The position numbers were made by a program, and so were the translations under genes. From a virus (lineage: Duplodnaviria > Heunggongvirae > Uroviricota > Caudoviricetes), in the IMG/VR virus record IMGVR_UViG_2695420632_000010: DNA of 9,576 nt. One strand, written 5' to 3'. Below are positions 6,112 to 9,576 of this stretch, one piece after another; position 1 is the first letter of the stretch, and every line of letters begins with the position of its first letter. The notes under the pieces are model-generated. The model did not search any database and was not told where the DNA came from. It saw only the letters and a program-made list of their open reading frames with translations.

Positions 6112-8023
6112 TCACTCCTCCGGACAGCTTCGCTGCCAGTTCTTTAAGGGTTGGCCGGGTCGTCTCTTCTTCCCGGGATTTTGCCAGTACAGCCAGATCA
6201 AGCTGCCAGCGTTGCACGGACACACGTAATGCCGCGTAGGCATACACCAGGCAGTCCAGCGCTTCGTTACGCCGCTTTTTGTTATCCCACAGCAGACGCA
6301 TCTTTCCTTTTTCCCACTTCTCCACAAGCTCTTCCGCGACCAGTTGCTGCGCCTCTGTCTGCGAAAAAATCTCCGGATCATCAGGAAAACGGATGGCATA
6401 CGACGTGGCTTCATCCACAGGCGTGGGATCGGCTTTCATACGGGCATAGAGAATTTCTTTTGCGGTGTCCGTCCCCACTTCGCACAGATACACGCCCCGC
6501 TGATTGCGGGTTTTTGGCATGGTGATCACCGGCTTGCCATAAACAGATGCACCTTTTACCGGCAGCACCCGGAAAACACCGTGTTTTTTTGACCTCTGAT
6601 AGACAATTTCGCCATCGATCCCCCCGGTGTCCCAGCAGACACGGGAAATGGTCATTTCGGTTCCGTCTGCATGGCGGTATTTTTTGTTGATCGCCACATC
6701 CACACGTAACAGCGTCTCTTCCTCATCGGGACGCCCCATAATGATGATTTTATCCACCAGAAAGGCTTCCTCTCCCGGAGCCCATCCCCAGACATACATC
6801 TCAAAACGGTTTCGCTGCGAGTCAATGCCCGCCGTCAGATAAACCACCCGGGAAGGCACCGCAGCCGTGTAACGCACAACCTTATCCATCAGCACCTGGT
6901 GATCGAGTTTTTCGCCCACGGCCTCTTCCCAGGTCTCGCCCAGCGTGGTGTTCACAAAGGTTTTCAGGCCGTTGGGATCTTTCAGTGCATCCAGCCAGTC
7001 ATAGACAATCTGTACCCAGGTGGTGAACGGACTGTACGCCGTCCAGATATGGAATGTGATGGAGCGCGGCGGCGGAATTTCATTATCCGCGGCGCTGAAA
7101 AACGTCAGACCGTCGCGGGTCCACATCCCCGTGTTTTCGCAGATCCACCGCCCGTTGCTCTGGTCAAGCTCAGACTGATGGATCACGCAGCCATGATGTT
7201 CACAGAGGTAGAAAACGCTTTCGGGGCTGTCCTTCTCCCATTTAAGGCCAAAAGGCGTGGACTCATCGCCAAATTTCAGATACTGCGCCTCCCCACAGTG
7301 CGGGCAGGGCACATAAAAACGCATGAAATGCGCCGACTCGTTGGCCGCTTTTTCGATCTGGCAGGAGCCTTTTATTTTAGGCGTCGAGCCGCGAATGGAT
7401 TTTGGCCATACCGAGCCCTCAATACGCTTATCCCCCAGCAGGGTTGGCGAGCCCTCTTTTTCGACATCCGGCTCGAACGAGGAAAGTTCGTCATAGCAGA
7501 CCACGTCCACGGATTTTTCACGGTAGTTTTTTGCTGCCGCACCACCCAGGCACCAGAAGCCCACCCCCGATGAAAAGCGTTTCAGCGTGAGAGTATTGTC
7601 ACGATGTTTACGACCCAGCCACGGGGAAAGATCTTTCAGGCATGGCACGTCCCGAATCGTCGCCTCCACGTGAGACTTCATAAAATCTTCAGCGGCAGAA
7701 TCCGTGGGCTGAAAAAGCAGACTGTTTCGGGATTTATGCTCAATAAAATACCCGGCGACTCCCAGCAACATCTTTGTATAGCCAACACGGGCAGATTTAA
7801 TCAGATTAACAGTGCGGATCTGATCATTCCCCATACTGTTCATGATGGCGATCTGGAACGGCAGCGTTTTCCATTCGCCGTCACCGTATGAGGATTCTTT
7901 CGGCAGATAATAATACTGGTCAGCCCATTCAACTGCCGTCATCGGTACAACCCTGACCAGAGGCTGCAGCGCAACCGAAACGGCGGCCACCATATTATTC
8001 AGTTGTTGCTCTGATATATTCAT
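6095..8023 (-). CDS. A: Terminase large subunit A
   Basis: Start set at the ATG at 8023 (MNISEQQ..., compare lambda MNISNSQ), giving 642 aa against 641 for lambda. Extensive matches recalled from lambda gpA, for example TAVEWAD--YYLPKES, KSARVGY-KMLLGV, GDKRIEGSVWPKSIRGSTPK, HFMRF-V-CPHCGE-QYLKFGD, FHIWTAYSPFTTWVQIV and KKRRNEALDC-VYA-AALR. The tracked start at 8080 is an upstream extension into Nu1. Start overlaps the Nu1 3' end by 29 nt, as in lambda. Confidence 0.95.
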   Translation of the reverse strand: MNISEQQLNNMVAAVSVALQPLVRVVPMTAVEWADQYYYLPKESSYGDGEWKTLPFQIAIMNSMGNDQIRTVNLIKSARVGYTKMLLGVAGYFIEHKSRNSLLFQPTDSAAEDFMKSHVEATIRDVPCLKDLSPWLGRKHRDNTLTLKRFSSGVGFWCLGGAAAKNYREKSVDVVCYDELSSFEPDVEKEGSPTLLGDKRIEGSVWPKSIRGSTPKIKGSCQIEKAANESAHFMRFYVPCPHCGEAQYLKFGDESTPFGLKWEKDSPESVFYLCEHHGCVIHQSELDQSNGRWICENTGMWTRDGLTFFSAADNEIPPPRSITFHIWTAYSPFTTWVQIVYDWLDALKDPNGLKTFVNTTLGETWEEAVGEKLDHQVLMDKVVRYTAAVPSRVVYLTAGIDSQRNRFEMYVWGWAPGEEAFLVDKIIIMGRPDEEETLLRVDVAINKKYRHADGTEMTISRVCWDTGGIDGEIVYQRSKKHGVFRVLPVKGASVYGKPVITMPKTRNQRGVYLCEVGTDTAKEILYARMKADPTPVDEATSYAIRFPDDPEIFSQTEAQQLVAEELVEKWEKGKMRLLWDNKKRRNEALDCLVYAYAALRVSVQRWQLDLAVLAKSREEETTRPTLKELAAKLSGGVNGYSR

Positions 8024-8501
8024 CCAGCAAATCCGGTAATTTATCCCCTGCCCGCGCACACTGATTTGCGCCCTTTGCAATAAGGGTTTTCAGATGGTCA
8101 ATATGACGTGGCGTTAAATCCGGGAACTGTCGCTGCATGGATAACGGAATGGAATCAAGCGTACTGGACAATGCCATCGCCAGTTTGCTGAGGGCGAAAA
8201 CGCAGAAGTCTGAATCGATGAGCTTACCTTCGGTTACCTGATTTTTAAGTTTTTGAGCTACAGCCTGTTCTTCTGTCAGTTCAGCTCTGGCCCGAAGCAG
8301 CCTTTCCTCCAGTTCTCCCCCGTCATCAGGTGTTCTCTGATTGTGTTGTCGCCGCTCGCGATCTATCTCCAGTACAGTTTTAACGTCATATAAAACTTCC
8401 CTCCCCCGACGTTCAACAGGAGGAACGCCCCATTTATCAAATGCCTGAACAGAGATACCGATGGAGGAGGCCATATCACTTTTATTCAATAAAAAGGCCA
8501 T
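7995..8501 (-). CDS. nu1: Terminase small subunit Nu1
   Basis: Homology to lambda gpNu1: EVLYD, the middle helical region, and the C-terminal LS-QR-FP-L--RH-D-LK block. Preferred start is the ATG at 8501, preceded by GGAGAGGAG (MAFLLNKSD...). The ATG at 8519 is an alternative. The tracked start at 8606 would run through the cosB repeats and is unlikely. Confidence 0.85.
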   Translation of the reverse strand: MAFLLNKSDMASSIGISVQAFDKWGVPPVERRGREVLYDVKTVLEIDRERRQHNQRTPDDGGELEERLLRARAELTEEQAVAQKLKNQVTEGKLIDSDFCVFALSKLAMALSSTLDSIPLSMQRQFPDLTPRHIDHLKTLIAKGANQCARAGDKLPDLLDEYIRATTE

Positions 8502-8531
8502 CTCCTCTCCATAAGTCATCGATAAAAAGCG

Positions 8532-8680
8532 AAACAACAACCATGTGTTTTTGCAAAACCATTTGATATCATTGACATTTTTCGCATTGACGACATCAAA
8601 ACACATCGTAAGGTTGTTGTATTTATTTTATTTTCACCTTACTTATCAATTAGATATACCAAACAATTAAACAACAACCA
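8532..8680. other. cosB-like region: three copies of ACAACAACC (two direct, one inverted) between cosN and Nu1
   Basis: AAACAACAACCA at 8532-8543 and at 8669-8680, with the inverted copy GGTTGTTGT at 8612-8620. An AT-rich segment with an IHF-like TATCAATTAGATA lies between them (8643-8655). The layout parallels lambda R1/R2/I1/R3, but the sequences differ from lambda. Confidence 0.5.
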
Positions 8681-8717
8681 CCCCCTCAAAAAATCTCATA
8701 AATAGTGAAAACGCGCG

Positions 8718-8729
8718 AGGTCGCCGCCC
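8718..8729 (-). other. cosN: 12-nt cohesive-end sequence GGGCGGCGACCT (minus strand), the virion genome ends
   Basis: Minus strand 8760->8700 reads CGGGTCCTTTCCGGCGATCCGGGCCGTTACG|GGGCGGCGACCTCGCGCGTTTTCACTATTTATGA. This is near-identical to the lambda right-end/left-end junction (..GGTTACG|GGGCGGCGACCTCGCGGGTTTTCGCTATTTATGAAAA) as I recall it. Confidence 0.85.
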
Positions 8730-8981
8730 CGTAACGGCCCGGATCGCCGGAAAGGACCCGCAAAATGATAATGGTTATCATTTTCAATGTAGTCCGGTTT
8801 CTTCCACCATCGCACCGGACTGGCGACTATGAGGGGACAACGCCGCGCTCCGTTAACGCGGTAAACCCCGGTGTGTATCGTTTTTGATTATCCCCGCACA
8901 CTCGCGCAGAGGAGTCTCCCTGTCGGGCTGCGGTCTCTGTTAATGAGGGAATACAGCGACGATACGGCGCATCAGCAAAAC

Positions 8982-9449
8982 TTAGTTCAGGCACTGAGTG
9001 CGGATATAGTCCTGTGCCCCTTCCAGCTGCTTCTGCATTGTCATCAACCGTTCTCTGAGGATGAAATAATCCCGTTCAGCGGTGTCTGCCAGTCGGGGGC
9101 CGGTTGCATTATCCACGCCGGAGGTGCCGGTGGCTTCACGCACGGTACCGGAGCAGGTGGCGTTGATCCGCAGGCGCTTACGACCAGCGGCAACATCAGC
9201 ACGTAGAGTTTCATTTTCAGCTCTCGCATCGGCTAATTCCCTCGAGTATCTGGCATCAAGTTCAGCGACATCACGCTGGCGTATCTGCATATCAGTAATT
9301 GTCGCGTTCGCCAGTTTCAGCTCACTGACTTTTTTATCGCGCTGCGCTTTGTAGGTGATGGCGTTATCGCGGTAATGATTCAGCCCCAGACTAAGCACAC
9401 CACAGGCTACCAGCAGGACAATAATCACCACACACAGAACACGGTTCAT
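8982..9449 (-). CDS. Rz: Spanin, inner-membrane subunit Rz (i-spanin)
   Basis: From the ATG at 9449: [39 protein letters not shown]...[22 protein letters not shown]. Strong match to lambda Rz (..[35 protein letters not shown]..). N-terminal TM segment present. The tracked GTG start at 9533 is a likely over-extension. Confidence 0.9.
   Translation of the reverse strand: MNRVLCVVIIVLLVACGVLSLGLNHYRDNAITYKAQRDKKVSELKLANATITDMQIRQRDVAELDARYSRELADARAENETLRADVAAGRKRLRINATCSGTVREATGTSGVDNATGPRLADTAERDYFILRERLMTMQKQLEGAQDYIRTQCLN
9044..9229 (-). CDS. Rz1: Spanin, outer-membrane lipoprotein subunit Rz1 (o-spanin), nested in the +1 frame of Rz
   Basis: 61 aa. Lipobox VVSAC and the proline-rich [27 protein letters not shown] match lambda Rz1 ([27 protein letters not shown]). 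Entirely embedded within Rz, as in lambda. Confidence 0.8.
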   Translation of the reverse strand: MRELKMKLYVLMLPLVVSACGSTPPAPVPCVKPPAPPAWIMQPAPDWQTPLNGIISSSENG

Positions 9450-9450
9450 A

Positions 9451-9576
9451 TCACCACCAACGGATTGCCCAGACCAGAACAGCAATGGCCACAATACGAA
9501 TAGCAAATGCCATTGCCCGAATAAGTTCAGCACTCATCTTTTTAAAGTTCACGATTTCAGCGCAATGACCAGTTTT
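9451..9576 (-). CDS. 3' end of an unidentified gene immediately upstream of Rz; strongly hydrophobic C-terminus
   Basis: The only open minus-strand frame at the window edge reads ...[41 protein letters not shown]-stop. The TGA stop (9453-9451) lies 1 nt before the Rz ATG. Position suggests a lysis-cassette gene, but the C-terminus does not resemble lambda R as I recall it. Confidence 0.35.
   Translation of the reverse strand, partial: KTGHCAEIVNFKKMSAELIRAMAFAIRIVAIAVLVWAIRWW

Noticed and set aside
8024-8080. N-terminal extension of the terminase large subunit ORF (MQRAQISVRGQGINYRICW)
   Set aside because: Lambda A homology begins at the internal MNIS... (ATG 8023). The extension lies within the Nu1 coding region in another frame.
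8520-8606. N-terminal extension of the Nu1 ORF (MCFDVVNAKNV...)
   Set aside because: It overlaps the AT-rich cosB-like repeat region and has no lambda Nu1 counterpart. A good RBS precedes the internal ATG at 8501.
8765-8890. 41-aa plus-strand ORF (MIMVIIFNVVRF...) in the Rz-cos spacer
   Set aside because: No RBS, and it overlaps the conserved cos-flanking sequence. Most likely non-coding.
8871-9206. 111-aa plus-strand ORF overlapping Rz/Rz1
   Set aside because: Antisense to the well-supported Rz/Rz1 pair; no recognisable features.
9450-9533. GTG-initiated N-terminal extension of Rz ([15 protein letters not shown]...)
   Set aside because: Lambda Rz homology and the TM anchor start at the ATG at 9449. 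The extension overlaps the 3' end of the upstream gene in another frame.
1-9576. Defence or novel accessory system (CRISPR, toxin-antitoxin, restriction-modification, retron, moron cargo)
   Set aside because: Gene order and spacing match the canonical lambda head/packaging operon, with overlapping or tightly coupled genes and no inserted block. No repeat-spacer arrays, tRNAs or integrase-like sequence were found.

Overview
This window is the cos-proximal end of a lambda-like (lambdoid) phage or prophage, with every gene on the minus strand. Reading 5'->3' along the minus strand: the 3' end of an unidentified gene upstream of Rz, then the spanin pair Rz/Rz1, a compact ~250-bp spacer, the cohesive-end site (cosN 8718-8729 with cosB-like repeats), then the head/packaging operon Nu1 - A - W - B - C/Nu3 - D - E - FI - FII and the start of tail gene Z, which runs off the window at position 1. 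Gene calls rest on my own reading of the translations against lambda proteins as I remember them; no database search was run. I found no defence system, CRISPR array, tRNA, integrase or moron insertion. The observations worth a second look are: (1) a ~232-bp tandem duplication of the 5' end of the major capsid gene E, whose five mismatches are all synonymous third-position changes; (2) a -1 frame break that separates the protease domain of C from its Nu3-like scaffold domain; (3) a 22-bp perfect palindrome between D and the duplicated E start; (4) a strong intrinsic terminator between E and FI; (5) a hydrophobic-tailed partial gene upstream of Rz that does not look like lambda R. Most plus-strand ORFs in the track are antisense shadows of these genes.
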